Shown piece by piece: positions 12,489 through 26,735 of a stretch of DNA of 64,000 bases; position 1 is the stretch's first letter, and every line of letters begins with the position of its first letter. The notes below the pieces were generated by a model. It worked only from the letters and a program-made list of their open reading frames with translations, did not search any database and was not told the DNA's origin. Position numbers and translations under genes: made by a program. The stretch comes from Rhizophagus irregularis (Eukaryota): assembly GCF_026210795.1 (NCBI RefSeq), contig NC_089434.1, forward strand, positions 744,001 through 808,000, written 5' to 3'.

Positions 12489-15400
12489 TAAGTAGAAATT
12501 AAAATTATTAAAAAGCTATATTTATGGCTTATTGTGTAGTTGAACTAATTTTTGAAGAAGATAATTTCAACATTTGATTTCACATAAATAAAAAGCCTCA
12601 TTTAATACTAAATAGGGCTTTTAATTATTATTACAAATAAATACAGATATAAAAAATTTTTTTTCAATGATTCCCCCCTTTTCCTAAATATTTAAATATT
12701 CAACTTTTGAGATTTAATAAATTATTAAAAAAAATTTATTTTGAAAAATTATTCATGAAAAAAATACTTTAAACAAGCGAGATATGCTATATGGATGCAT
12801 CAGATCATTCAAATTCTTTTACCAATTATGTATTCTCTCTATTCACTTAAGAATAAAATTTTATAATTTTAATTCTTCTATTCTTCTAACAAACATTAAT
12901 ACAATTTATTCTATCATATTTCCTAAACATACTAATATCATTATTTATTGCATACATAACATTTATATCATTTTTAAACTTTTATAATAACTCTAGAATT
13001 GTTCATAGAAATTACCATGATACATACAATTTGATAATATTTGGTTCAATTATTATGATTTGAAATGTATTCAAGACAATTGTAGAAATCCAAGAACATT
13101 CATTTGCAAAGAATGTAAATAAATATCATTGATATTTGATATTGTAATAAGGTTGGTAGTTCATACCTAATATATTGAGTGGAATGTGCATTACATAATG
13201 TTGCAATTTTTACATACACTTGAAGCTATCAACAATTACATCAAGTTAATTTCTGTGTTGGAGAAATTTAAGGAATCAACCAAATTAAAAAAAAATAATT
13301 TTAAAACCTATACATGTTTTATTATGGACATTTGCTTTATTCCCGCACAAGTCATCATTCCCAAAATATGGAAACAAATGCTTAAACTACTAGATCACTA
13401 GATCACTATTAAAAATTATTGATATATAACTTCTCTCATAATTACAATCTATAATAATGTTATCTTGCTTATAAAGATTCAAATTGGCTTGTGACTGGTA
13501 TAAACACAGACTGGTCAATTACTATAGTATATAACATTATTAAATTTATTACCAATGATATAAAATTAGAAGTTGTAGTACATTTACTTTGGGGAACAAG
13601 TTAAATTTAAAGAAAAAAAAAATGAATCATATTTGAAAGTATCTTTTGTAACCCAAATAATGTTTCATAGTATTTTACCTATACAAGAGATACACAGTAT
13701 TATTACTCGATTCCTTTAAAATTAATAGAACTTTTATTAAAGAATAAATTTCTTATGGAAATAATAGCTGTTACAATGATATTGCACAATGTGAAAAGAT
13801 AGTTTTTACGCATAGTTAAGATATTTCAATCACGATTTCAAAAATACTTGCATGAGACTCCATTTGAAGAAATCTTATCTGATAAAATGGAATTAGTGTA
13901 TCAGACAAAGTATTTAAATAATAAACCTTCCTATTGCCAACTCAAAGAAAAATTAATTTGCACCCTTAATCTTACTTAATTACATTAATTTTAATAAACT
14001 TTGTGATTATTGAGTTTCTGAACAACCCAGAATAGTTATTCATGAAAAAAAAAATGATTTTAAATTAAGAAATACAGTAAAAATGAACTATAAATATTAT
14101 AGTATTCCAAATGTTATTAAAGAAGGACCAAGGCTTGTGAACTTCATCAAAGAAATTAAACATGGGAGGTCATATTTCTGGGTTGACTTATGTGTTCTTA
14201 GTCTCTTATAACTTCAAATCTGTAGGACAACAGGAGGATATCGATGCCAAGGATGACTCCAATGATTATAGTAAATATGTCAAGATGAACGAGACATTGA
14301 GGTGTATTCATCAATTTCAAAGGCCCTCAATTTTATTAATGAACCTGATGGATAGAACTCAATGATTATCTAAGCGAATATGTATATATATATGAAATAA
14401 ACAGAAAAATCTATTTTCTCAAATATTTAAAACCCAATCCAACAAAAAATTTTATTGAGTCTTTACCATTTTACCTTTCCAAGATGAAGGTTTAATAATT
14501 GTATATAGAAAATTAGTATTTTATATGGTATGATAAAAGAATCATAAATTTATTATTAAGCTATAAAAAAAAATTATAGGAGATAATATGTTAGTATATC
14601 ATTATTAAATAGAATGTATACATGAACTTTTAAATTTATAATATAATAATTCTTTAATTAGTAATGTAATAGATCAACATCTAATATCCTGGGCTTAAAA
14701 TTTTCTCTAATGAATGGTCAATTACAAAACCAACCAACTAATGAATATTAAAAGAAAGTTTTCCTTTTATTATGATATATTGTGGACTTTATATGAAAAT
14801 AAATAATGAGGATTATTGGATTAATGACAGATTATGAGTGATTTTCCTAAAGTAATGATTTAGCAGAGGCATATCAACATTCCAGAACAATTCTAAACTC
14901 ATACAAAACTGTAAATGGCATGTCAAACACTCAATATTTTATGACTAAGCAGTACTACTTATATAAATAGATAAGCAAAAGTTTATAAAACAAGAAAATA
15001 TAACAGAATATTTAAATATTAAATATATTTAAACATTGGATTGGCATATTACTCAAAGAAGAAGGATTAATAACTTATATGCATTTTACTATTTAATACT
15101 CAGAAAGAAATGCTATTAGAAGAAACAAATTTTAGTACAGTTTGAGAGTGAACTAATGGAATATTGACATAAAATTTCTCTAACTATCTATGTGTTTAAT
15201 TATTTCAGAATAGGGGCATATTTACTGATATTATTGGCAGAATGAAGTCTGTTAGTAGACACAAATTTTGATGAAAGAAAAATAGTTTTGAGAATATTAA
15301 AAGGGACTGAAGTACATAATTTATTCAAAGGTCAATCTGATGATGATAAAATATGTAAATTGACCAACTATTTATGACTAAGTATATACAACTGGGTGGA

Positions 15401-16039
15401 AACTTACATGAGCCAATTGAGCCATGGATGCAACAGGTGATAAATTATTTCATATAATCACATATTATAGAACCATGGATGCAACAAGTGATAAATTATT
15501 TCATATTGTAGAATAATTACACTAAAGCAACTCTAAAGTTGTTTATACAAAAAAAGCTGAATAAAAGATATGATCAAAGATATGGATATAAAGATTATGA
15601 AAATAATTGAAAGGTATATATAACTGTAATTTGTACAGAAAAATACAAGACTCACTATTAGTTATGTTAGTAAAATCTCTGAAGAGATATTACAATTAAA
15701 TATTTTTCACACATTATACACAATAAGTTACAAGTAACATGGATTTCAAGGATTAACATTATATTTTAATATACAATTTAACTTTCTAATTTACATATAG
15801 ATCTAATTTACATATACAAAAGATTTACAGATTGCTGGAAATAAATATTTTAATCATACTACCAATTACCTCTTTTATAAGCTTAAATAATTTACTACAT
15901 TATTTATATATTTCAGAAATGATAATGATACAAGTAAATTAATAGTCAAAGTATATATATCTATTTATACAACAATTGATGATATTACAAAACTATTTAA
16001 AACAGTATTAATCCAAAATACAACTTATGATAATAATTC

Positions 16040-16270
16040 TCCATGAACTTACAAATGCCAATTAATGATCTACTACCAAACCGTATGGAAATCAAAAAAT
16101 CTGTTTTATAAAAAAGTTGTTACTTTTTTCAAAAAGTCACATGCTATAGGTGAATTTTTAAGAGAAAAGTATTAAAGGAGATAGTTCAAAGCAATATGTT
16201 AATACACGTTGGACTACCTCTTTGATTGTGTTAATTCTATTTTTAATGTCAAGCAGAAATTTGAAATGTA
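16040..16270 (+). mobile_element. Degraded hAT-like (RNase H-fold) transposase fragment
   Basis: Frameshifted translation KKVVTFFKKSHAIGEFLRE...KQYVNTRWTTS/FDCVNSI, resembling the hAT 'TRW' region; recognised by eye only. Confidence 0.5.
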
Positions 16271-16984
16271 ACATATCCTCAAAAACTTATACCTTTATAT
16301 ATTAGAATTCTTTAGTGTATAGAATCATTAAGTCCCGAACAAATACCATTCATATTGATGGTATTTTTATAGTTTAGAATGGTTCTACTAAAATATTTAT
16401 ATCCTTACACCACTTAAAGCTTAATGGAGATTCCTTACACATCTATATGGATATTTGAAAAAAGATATATCTGAAATTTTATAAATTTAAGAAAAATCAA
16501 CAATAATTATAACATACTAATGCTTATAGAAAATACATTGTTAATAGTAACATTAAACCGGATAATTCTTTATGACTTATTGTATTATTGATATTATTGA
16601 TTAATAGTTCATTTATTATTTTATATATTTTTCAAATGAGATAATAATATAACCTTCAGAATTAAGAACACTATATTTTTTTCTATTTATGATTTGTTAT
16701 TTAATTTTTAAATATATATAATTCACATTGTTCAAAATTATGGGATGAAATTTAATCATTTATTAACTTCAGATTGGTGTTTAATTTGATCAGAATTGAT
16801 AAAAAGATATCAGGATTAAGCACATGATATCAACTCAATATAGTATATAAACAATGTATAATGATTATGAAAATAGAGAACTTATGGAATTTCTTAGATC
16901 CTTCATATTTCATATTTCAGCATTTAGTTTGGAATATTTGATATTAAACATTAATAATAGTTAAAGATGAAGAGCATACATCAG

Positions 16985-17546
16985 GAGTTTAAAAAGGGTG
17001 TAGATTTGCAAAATTACACGTATGTAAAAAATTACACAAATTCACGACACCTACGTGGGTATACGGGCGTGTAAAATCACAAATATTCTTAATAATGAGA
17101 ATTCCTATATTAATTTAATAAAAAAAATTTTGTATTTTTAAATATAAGGGAATTACACGATAAAATTCTTCTCTTCCTTTCTTTTTCCTCTTGTTCCCTT
17201 TATTTCTCTCTCACCCTTCTCCTTTCCTTCATCTTTTATTTGTTATTTCTTTCCTGAATATTTTTATTTTACTCGGCATAATTTCTTTATATTTATTTAT
17301 TTTTTTTTTTGCTTACCTTAGGAATTGAACTGATTACCTTGAGTTTTTTTATTATATATCATATCTCGCAATTTAACCACTATGCTATTTAACTTTCTTT
17401 TTTAATTTACAGTATTATATTTTATATTTATCTTAAAAATCATACTCTTTGAGTAAGTTACACAAAATTGCATATTTACATGTTTTTTTATATCATAAAA
17501 TGGTGTAACTATCTATTTATATAAATCCACACTACTTTTTTAAACG
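16985..17546. mobile_element. Degenerate inverted-repeat element, possibly a MULE terminus
   Basis: GAGTTTAAAAAGGGTGTAGATTT pairs imperfectly with AAATCCACACTACTTTTTTAAACGC; lies just upstream of a MULE transposase relic. Confidence 0.4.
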
Positions 17547-17989
17547 CAAATTTATCAAAATATTTCGAATTGTTATATTTATGTATGGATTGCTTAAAAT
17601 CATATATTTGTACAATTTTTTAGAATGTGAATATCCGAAACTACTTGTTTATGTAAATTTACACAATTTTTTTTTAGATGGAAATTTGTTAAAATATTTT
17701 AGACTGTGATTTTATATATAGAATACTCAAAATTATGTATTTATACAATTTTTCAGAATATAGATTTTTTAAACTATCCATTTTTAAAAAATCTATGCAA
17801 TTATTTTAGACACGAATTATCAAATACTATATTTTAAGTGTAAATTAAACAATATCGCGTATTTACGAGTTTTTTCAGGGTGTAAATTTTCGGGATTACC
17901 CATATTTGATAAATCTACATTAATATACACATAATTTAATCTCCCGATGTATATTAAAAAATTTAATGAGTCTGAATAATCCAAAGTAA

Positions 17990-19200
17990 AATGAAGATGA
18001 ATATGATATAGTTGAAAGTTGAAACATCCCAGAAAATAAATAACAAAGACAACCAAAGAAAAATTAACATTCCAATAAGAAGTATTATATATTTAAATCA
18101 TACAAGTTAAAAATGAAATATATCCTTATGACCAAAATCATGCATCTATTTGCAAATTATTATAAGTTAAATCAAATTATCAGCATAAGAAATAAAAGAA
18201 AATATAATAATTTATTGTGTATAAACTGGATCATAGAAGGGACCTTTAAGATATTATCTAATGTACTATTTCATCAATTGTATGCCATTCATGCATTGGC
18301 AAATAAAGCAGATTTCCTATAAGTTATGAGAAAATCTTTAGAAATACAAATTAGTTTGAAGGATTAATTGAATTAGATAATTGTTTGTAACTTACCTTCA
18401 CATTAATAAGGGATGCTTCTTCCATTCATGCCAAAATCTTTGGAAATAAATTCAATCAAAAGGATTGGCTAGTGAATATAGTATTAACAAATATTTTAGC
18501 AACCTTTGCTTCAGCTACATTTATTCAAGCTAAATTCTTTATACATCCAAATAAAACAGATAATAATTATGAGGAAGAATACTTAGAGGTAGATTTATAA
18601 AAGCAATTTTGAAAAATAATAATGAAAATTTAAATTCAAAAAAATCTGAATTATAATGACTTACCTGAAAATTTATTATATTAGAGTATATACAATTATA
18701 GAAGGTGATAATAAAATTCCAGTTGAACAATTTACTGTCCCGATTTAATAATGATTCAGAATTGTATATCCTTACACAAATATCGATTACACAGTTTCTT
18801 GGATATTAGTATGGATATTTAAATATCAAGCAAAATTTTGCTTATCATGCATTGCAATGGATTCTTTGATCAAATTTTATAAGCAAATATTAATAATAGA
18901 TATTAATTAGAAATTGAACAACACGTAGAAGTTAAATATTAAGAGAAATATCCTATGTAATTACTTTAGAATTGAATAAAATAAACACCTCAAAAGTGCA
19001 TTTTATAATAAGAAAAATTAAAAAATTCATAGAAGAAAATTTATTTTATGTAATTCTTAAAATTTAAATCCTCAATGATGCAGCCCGATTACAATGATAA
19101 AGATATATACAAAATCTACAAGAATATTATGATAATTATTTAAAAAAAGGAATGGAGTTTAATAGAAGGAGCTTTGTTATAACATCGGCTTATAGTAAAT
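17990..19200 (+). mobile_element. Degraded Mutator (MULE) transposase
   Basis: WIIEGTFK..LFHQLYAIHA (equivalent to MULE DGTFK..QLYTIH) and KGCFFHSCQNLWK*IQSKGL (CxxH motif); many stops and frameshifts; boundaries approximate. Confidence 0.7.
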
Positions 19201-20099
19201 ACATCAATTTGAGCTCATAATACATTTCTTTGCTTATTGCTTAAAAAAAAAGTATTTTCTCTCATGAATAATGCAAAGTTTCTGTTACTACTTCATTTAT
19301 TGTAAAACCTATCTAATCATCTCCTTTACCATAATATATGACTTTATGGAGAGGTACAAACTAAACAGGAATGATATGCCATGAAAGATTATGTTGAATC
19401 TGGAGTTATATCACTTTCAAAAACTAATGGAATTTTGAAAATTACCAATGCAAGTAAAGAGAAAATGCAGGTAGTTAGACAAGGCATTTCACAAATCAAA
19501 ACGCCATATAATTTTAGCCGTATTGATTTTGCTGATCAACACAATGAAGGTAAACTGCTAGATGTCTATTAAGAATAATAAATTACTTAGGGAGAGGGAA
19601 AGGTTAAAGGATCAGGTTTATTATTAAGTGGAAAACAGCAATTATTTACATAATTTAGTATATATCGATATAGAAACATTCAGTAAAAAGTACTTGTTGT
19701 ACAATTATTGCCTAATTCTCATAGTTTAATCAAATTTTATTTTTTTAGCAAAATTTAAACTTATAATTATTGTAAGTTTTATTTAAGACATTCATTAAAC
19801 AAAATTTGTACAATTTTTCAATGTTTTAAATTTGTTGCCAACTTTCATTATTATTTTCATTAAACATTAGTTATAATTCATATGTAGATTTATAGCAATA
19901 ATTATTTATCACTTTCATTATTTTTAATCTATATATAGTTGTTATTAGGATCACTTACTTTGTCAATATTTCAACATTTTAATGAGAATCTTATGCATTG
20001 GTCAATACTTATACATCAATAAATTGTTTGATTCCAAATTCTCAAAAAAAAAAAACTTAAACAATATATATATCTTTATTAACATTTTGGACTTCATAG

Positions 20100-20560
20100 A
20101 TGATGATGAATATAATAATCCAAATCTTCATTAAGAAGAACAAGAGGAATTTGAAATTTTTAATGGTTTGTTTTATTTTTACAAATATTGTACATAATGT
20201 TTATAATAGTAGTACTTTCTTATTTACTAATACACTTGTTTTTCTTTAGAGGGATTTATAAATTAGATTAAAGGCAATATTAATATTTATTTTATTTTGA
20301 AATTTGAATTATTTAAACACTAAGAGTAAAAGAAATTCTTAGTTTGTAATTTAAATAATTTTCTTATGCTATATAAATTATTAACTCAAAGATTATCAAC
20401 TAGAGGATTCTGATGTGTGGCAATTTTTGTTGCTAATGCCATTGAAGTACTATGTTTTATATTATTTATATATTTTAAATTTGATTTTTATTGACATTCA
20501 AATAAAATCGTTTGTATTATATAAATTTGGATTTAGGTATTTTGTATAATATACAACTAA
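20100..20560 (+). pseudogene. Orphan 3' end of a TKL kinase (last two exons plus 3' UTR hairpin)
   Basis: tag|ATGATGATGAATATAATAATCCAAATCTTCAT..GAAGAACAAGAG matches the NNPNLHSEEQ exon; terminal exon ag|AGGGATTT; hairpin at 20306-20361; no kinase body upstream. Confidence 0.8.
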
Positions 20561-21377
20561 TACTTTACAAATCTACACATAAAATCGATGTTGGGTCCTT
20601 AAAATTATATAGAATAAGTGTATGCAAATTTTATGTAGAATTTTTTATATAATTTACATAAAAATATCTCCTGACGAGTTTATTTAAATTAATATTAAAT
20701 TTTACTGCTACATAGAAAAATACAATTCTAAGAGTAAAATAAAATTAAGATACTAAAAAATTTGCATAATTTTAAAAGCCAATTATGGTTAAAAGGTTAC
20801 GGCACGATTTTCCGATTGATTGTTTCCCAACAAGACAAGTTTGACCAGAGTTATAAAGAGTTATACATAAACACGTGATAAAACGGCCAGCGTTAGGCTG
20901 TCAGAAAATGTCCTATTGGGAACGGTCCGTAAGCAGTTAAAAGATATTTATTGTAAATTTGAATGTCATGGTTCAAAATAAATAACATTTCATATATTTT
21001 ACATTTTATAATCCTAACTCCTCTTTAAACATGAACTCTCGTTAATTATGAAACAAACTTATATAAAAATAAATCAACTATCTACTAAAACAATATAATA
21101 TAAAATAGTAAAATAATATAATACAATAAAAATAATAAAATAAAAGTAATTAACTAATTCTATAAAGAATTAACGAAAATCGGTTCACTAGTGTTTCTGC
21201 GGCCATGTATTCTATAACTCAAATATAATTCAGTTGAGCTTGTAAAAATTTTTTTGTATGGGAAAAATGATTTCCAAAAGAAGTTTAATCACGGCAAAAT
21301 AGTTTACCCCTTCTATATATAAACGTAAACTTGTAATGCAGAAATACTTATCTTTCATTTCTTTTTTGAAAAAAAAA

Positions 21378-22703
21378 ATGCCTCGTCATCTTATTGCTGA
21401 TTGTCTTAATTGTATATTTGAATATTTAGAAGATAAAAATATGTTTATTAGTTAATCGTCAATTCTGTAAAATTGCTGTCAGAATTTTGTGAAGAAATGT
21501 TCGGAATTCTCAAGATTTTTCTCAAGAATTTGTTATCAATCTTACTCATCTCTTAAAAACTTCCATTGTTTAATTATCCTATCAAATTTATTACAATCCG
21601 TGGAATCTAACGAATGATTCGAAATTTCCTTTTGATACAAAAGATTCACTTCTCGTCATTGTGCTCGAATGCGCGAGTGCATAATTGCATATTACAAGAA
21701 ATATTAAAAAAGCTTATGAATCAAGTTTCATCATTGAAAACTTTGGATTATTATTATATCGAAAATTATTTTGAATCTATTTATTCACTTGGATCGAAAA
21801 TCTGTTTAACAAATCTTACAGAATTATGGTGTCGTTCAAATATTTGTTCAGAATTTTTTTATCTCAAGAATGTTATAATATTCAATCATTAAATATGAAA
21901 TTAGTTCTTCCTACTTCAGATGGATTGAAATAATTAATTTCTTCACAAAATAATTTAAAACGTATAATTTTTGAATCTCTTTGTTACGTAAATGTTGATA
22001 ATGTAAAAGACATATTCCCCTCATCATTTAAAATTTTTTTTTTAACATTAACCGAATTAATATTAAATAAATGTTATATACCTTTGTCATTTATAACTAA
22101 GTTTAAAAATTTACAAGTATTTGAATTTTTTTTTAATTACAGTTACCCATTTCATGATTTTAATCAATTACAATAGTTTATTTTCACAATTGAAAACTTT
22201 AAAATTTTTACGTTCATTCCAAAAGTTGAAATTTTCATTAAGATTCTTGGAAATTAATGGAACAAATTTGATAGATTTATATATACCTGAAAATCTTGAT
22301 AATACATTGAATTTGGCAAATAGCTAAATGTTGTTTAGACCTTAAAATCTTATCCATAGGATGAAAAACTTAAAATTAATCCTAAATAGCTTTCAATATT
22401 TAGAAATCATTAAATTTCAATATAATGTTGAGAGATATTCTAATCTTAAAACCTTCTTTAGATTAAATTCAATATTATTATGATTTATTTATAGATTGGG
22501 TTGTCTTGAAGGTATTTTATAATTTGAAAAGATTTGTGAAGAATTAAGAGGAATTTTTATAAACTGGAAAGATCGTATACCACAAAAATCACTTTCGCTA
22601 GTTATTGCTAATAACAATATTAAGTATGAAAAATAATGATTGAAAATTATAAGAAAATGAGTATTATTAGGGAATTTAGAATTACAAATTATATGGAATA
22701 TTA
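21378..22703 (+). pseudogene. F-box/LRR (RNI-like) protein pseudogene
   Basis: MPRHLIADCLNCIFEYLEDK/CLLVNRQFCKIAVRIL*RN is F-box-like; Leu-rich repeats follow (CLTNLTELWCRSNI, FLEINGTNLIDLYI); multiple frameshifts and stops. Confidence 0.8.
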
Positions 22704-23076
22704 GAATTTTATTTTATAAAACCTTAAATATATAGAGACTGAACAATTGATTTCTTATTATAAATTATAATAAATAATGTTGCAAATTAAATTTTCTTCA
22801 TTGAAATTCTAAATATTCTTAAACTTTTTCAATATTATTATTTTTATTTTATTTAAAAAGAGAGTTACAAGTTATAACATTATGATCCTTAGGATCCAGC
22901 TCAAAAGTGAAAGTAGTTTTTTTTTTCTGTTACTTCAATAATTGAAGGTGAATTTTAACATTTTTTTTAAAATGATTTATAACTCCTTCGATTTTCACGA
23001 TATGTTATACACAGCTTATGAATAAATATTAATAAATATTTTTACGTGATTTCAATACAAAATGGCGCAAAAAAAT

Positions 23077-23880
23077 CTAAAAATATGTAAAATAAAATGA
23101 TGCTTGTTCTTGGCCAGATGTATGGTAAATTAACCTACAACTGTTTCTCCTGAACACCATGTAGAGGTGACAAGCTTCGTTCAGATAAAAAAAACCACTT
23201 ACCTTAAAGCTTACAACCAGTTTATAATTAATAGGGTTAAAAAAAATAAAATATTATTTGGGTTGTTAAGAACAAAAATTTGAGCAGAGAAGTTCGGACA
23301 TATAGATATATAATAACATAACACGACCCTTTTATTTGATACCTATATATAAACTGTGTTTTTTTAGTTATGTTCTGGCCCCAGATACTACTGCTTATGT
23401 GCATCAAGACAAGAAAGAAAATTATAAAGAAAATTGTTTATGTAAAATTTAAAACAAATAACACACATGCACGTGCGCACCAGAACAAGAAAGAAATTAT
23501 TTTTGTAAAATCAAAAATAAGCTTTCTCATTTCCCCATCTAATTATTTGATTTACATATATACTGTACACAATACGTACTAGTCGTACTATGTACATACA
23601 TACATAAAATACGTACGTATATATACGTAATGTGGAAAAGAAGATCGAGCAATAAACACAGGTTTCCCTACTCAAATTTCATTAAAAATTTGTTTAAGTA
23701 TGGTTTTTAACTTTTAACGATTTTTTCAGTTTTTTCAACGTGGAGTTGGTCGGTTTTAAAAAGTGATGCGTAGTTGGTTGTACCTTACCTTTACCATACT
23801 TAACAAAAAAAAAATAAAGAAAAAAAGTGAGAAAAAGTAGGGTGGTTAAAGAGAATAAAGAGAAAAGGTAACTATTTTAT
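23077..23880 (-). repeat. Left arm of inverted duplication (partner ~26340-26960): candidate spliced non-coding/micropeptide unit
   Basis: Blocks 23102-23230 and 23654-23810 are near reverse complements of 26841-26950 and 26387-26500; ATG GTA AAG|GTAAGG at 23797-23783. Confidence 0.8.
23102..23185 (-). ncRNA. HDV-like ribozyme candidate, copy 1 (L3 G25-equivalent changed to A)
   Basis: Minus strand reads TCTGAAC gaa GCTTGTC ACC TCTACAT GGT GTTCAGG AG aaa CAG..CTG GCCAA GAACAAGC, i.e. P1, P2, P3, L3, P1.1, P4, J4/2 in HDV order. Confidence 0.6.
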
Positions 23881-24132
23881 GTATCTTAATTATATATAAC
23901 TTAAATCGTGAAGTCATGATTGACTATAATGAAATATGATTGACTATAATGAAATAAATGAAATATTCTCACGTCATTATATACATGACGTCATATTTAA
24001 AATAATATAATTATTTACATACATTTTCTATTAATTTTGATGATTAATAAATTACTGCGCCATTTCGCCATTTGTGTTATTTTACCTTCACGTGACAAAC
24101 ATAGTATAACTGATAACTTTTTTGAAGAAAAA

Positions 24133-24510
24133 ATGAAACTTCCAAAGTACGATGGAAATATTCATCAAATAAATGAATAAAACAAGTTCAATTATATTGT
24201 TTTCTTCTTAAAATTGCAAAAATGATGATAATTGCAAGAAATTTTGTTTCATTAGATGAACTTGAAAGAAAATAATTCTTTTTGAATTTTTTAAAAATAA
24301 ATGTATCAAAATTTATTATTGAATTTTATTCACTTTGTCGTAAAGCTATACATGAATTAATCCAATAAAAAATAACCAACTTTCTAATTAAATTAGATTC
24401 CTCTGATTTATAGGTAATATTAATTGAATAAAAAATTTTTTTTCTCACTCTTCAGAATTATTAATTTTAGCATCAAACCATGTTACTGTAAGTAGATACT
24501 TGTCATTTAC
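24133..24510 (+). pseudogene. Relic of a Glomeromycotina 'PKYDGxIHPDEW' family gene (MIR-like C-terminal region)
   Basis: MKLPKYDGNIH..., LKIAKMMI and a degenerate 'LKHVATGKYL'-like segment near 24470-24505; heavily frameshifted; recognised by eye. Confidence 0.5.
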
Positions 24511-24639
24511 AAGAAAATAAGAAAAAATAATAAATGTTTTGAGTAACAAAACGTACTACAGTATATAAGACAAATTCGTATATATACAGTAAGATGATCA
24601 AATCATTATTTGAATTATAAGTGAACATTGATTTTTTTA

Positions 24640-26090
24640 ATATCATCTTAATCCTTCTTATATTTCTTTACGTAGGCAAAATATGTTTTTCTACCTCAAT
24701 AATATTATTTTGTACTTATTTAACCACTCTTCAATAAAAGATAACTCAATCATGCATTTATTATTAAGACATCATATATTTCTCTCATTTATAAAGTTCA
24801 TTGTCAATCGTTACATTACTATTCGAAGAGATTATTAATAATATTAATATGATAGTGTGTAAAATGGGTCTATTATTGTCATAATCATCCGTTTGAACTA
24901 TCATTCTCAATTTCTGAATTTAAGTTCATTAGTTCTATTGAAATCTTTAAAATTATATTTACACCCACTTCTGTTTTTAACGACTATTATATGTTTCGTA
25001 TGGTTTAATCATATTGTCGTTTAGTTTTTCCTTTCTAGATTTGATTGCTCTACTCTTTTTATTTTCAATATATATCCAACACTCTTTCACTACTACTATC
25101 TTCATTGATTTTAATACTTCTTTCACATCCCTTACATTTGGTGAATTATTAATACTATTTGGTATCATATGTAATCCTATATTTGCTCCTTGGCTTTTTC
25201 TTATCGATACAAAATAATGGGGGTCTTCGCAAAAAACGTGATTGAGATTGAGATTGAAATTTAATATGGAATTTCAATCATACTAACATATTAAGATTGA
25301 AAATTCTATATGAAATCTCAATCTCAATCTCAATCAAGTTTTTTGTGAAGACCCCCAATGTATTATAATTCTCATTCCACGTTATAATCTCATTTTTATT
25401 AATTTTAACATCTTCATTAAAAATCTATATTCTATTACTTTTGTTCTTTCTCTCTCTTTTTAAAATTATTATCACCCATAATAAATACCATTTTGGTTGT
25501 ACCCCTGAAGAATTACATTCATTTTCTACGCAAATATGTTTCCATTTCATAAGCTTCATTCTATTGGCTTCTAATAGCTGTTCCAAAAATAATATTCCTT
25601 TATTTTTTAATAAATTCGTCGCTTTCATAATTCTTTATCATTTAAAATACTTCTAATTTCCGTCAAACCTCCTTGTATTTTATGGTGCCTTTTTAAATTT
25701 AACGAGTCATGATCACATAACTTAATGTTTTCTGTCTCATAAATTGATCGTATCTCCAATAAAACTAGTTTATTTTTCGTTATAATTTTATAATTTTACC
25801 ATTATCTTCAATATAAACTGCGATCCAAGCAATTGTCTTATTTGTATATTAAATAATTTTTTCATCACCTTATTACTATTTGCTTGACAAAGTAATTTTT
25901 TACATAATATTTCTAGTTGTAAATCATAGATAATATTTTCAAACCCATTAGATTTTTATCATATAATATAAAATTTGGAGTACTTTTAAACATTACAATC
26001 ATGCTTTATAATCTGATTCACCGAGACCATAAATTTTCACATTCTTACTTTGTTAAAACTACTCTCATCAGTTCTAGGAATTAATAAGCA
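24640..26090 (-). mobile_element. Degraded non-LTR (LINE-like) retrotransposon fragment, region downstream of RT
   Basis: Minus-strand pieces KSTPNFILYDK../IYDLQLEILCKKLL and LKNKGILFLEQLL..KLMKWK..GVQPKWY resemble post-RT regions of AM-fungal LINE ORFs; no RT core is visible. Confidence 0.55.
25219..25356. mobile_element. Near-palindromic MITE (138 bp) with 3-bp AAT TSD (PIF/Harbinger-like), nested in the LINE relic
   Basis: GGGGGTCTTCGCAAAAAACGTGATTGAGATTGAGATTGA / TCAATCTCAATCTCAATCAAGTTTTTTGTGAAGACCCCC; AAT at 25216-25218 and 25357-25359. Confidence 0.85.
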
Positions 26091-26735
26091 TTTATCATTA
26101 ATTTGCATCCTTTGTTAGCTATAGTTTGTGTATTATTAACATAAAAGTGACAAAATTACGCCATTGCATAATAAATAACGTGACAAATATTGTTTAACGC
26201 GACTGATAATTTATATGAATCTACTGTAATTTTAATGATCAAGGAATGAGACAGCACATTTTAATATTCTGACTAATAATCAATGAGTCAATGAGTATCA
26301 TAGTTATTTTTTAATATTTAAATACCTCATGAAGCAAAAAAAAAAAAAATTTACCCTTTCTTTTTTCCCTCTTTTTTCTCCTATTGTATTTCGTCAAGTA
26401 TGGCAAAGGTAAGGTACAACCAACTCTCCACGTATTCTACATATTAAAGCATACTTGAACGAATATAAAATTTGAAATTGGGTAGAGAAACCTGTGTTTA
26501 AACCTTGGTCCTTAGTCCCATAGTTCAAAATATTTATATATGATTATATGGGTAAAATGGGAAAGTTTATTTTAAGAATAATTTCTTTCTCATTTTATTG
26601 TCATGTTGCATAGGTAAAGGATTTAGAGGGTATAATACGTAACAGAAAAGGCACAGATCAGAAAGTCTCTACTCAATTTTTTCTTAATAAACCATTATTT
26701 TATTATTTAATATTTTGTAGCTTATCATCCATTAA

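Noticed and set aside
23232..23240. TAACCCTA on the minus strand as a telomerase RNA template
   Set aside because: Only 8 nt, not conserved in the paralogous arm, and no other telomerase RNA domain is recognisable.
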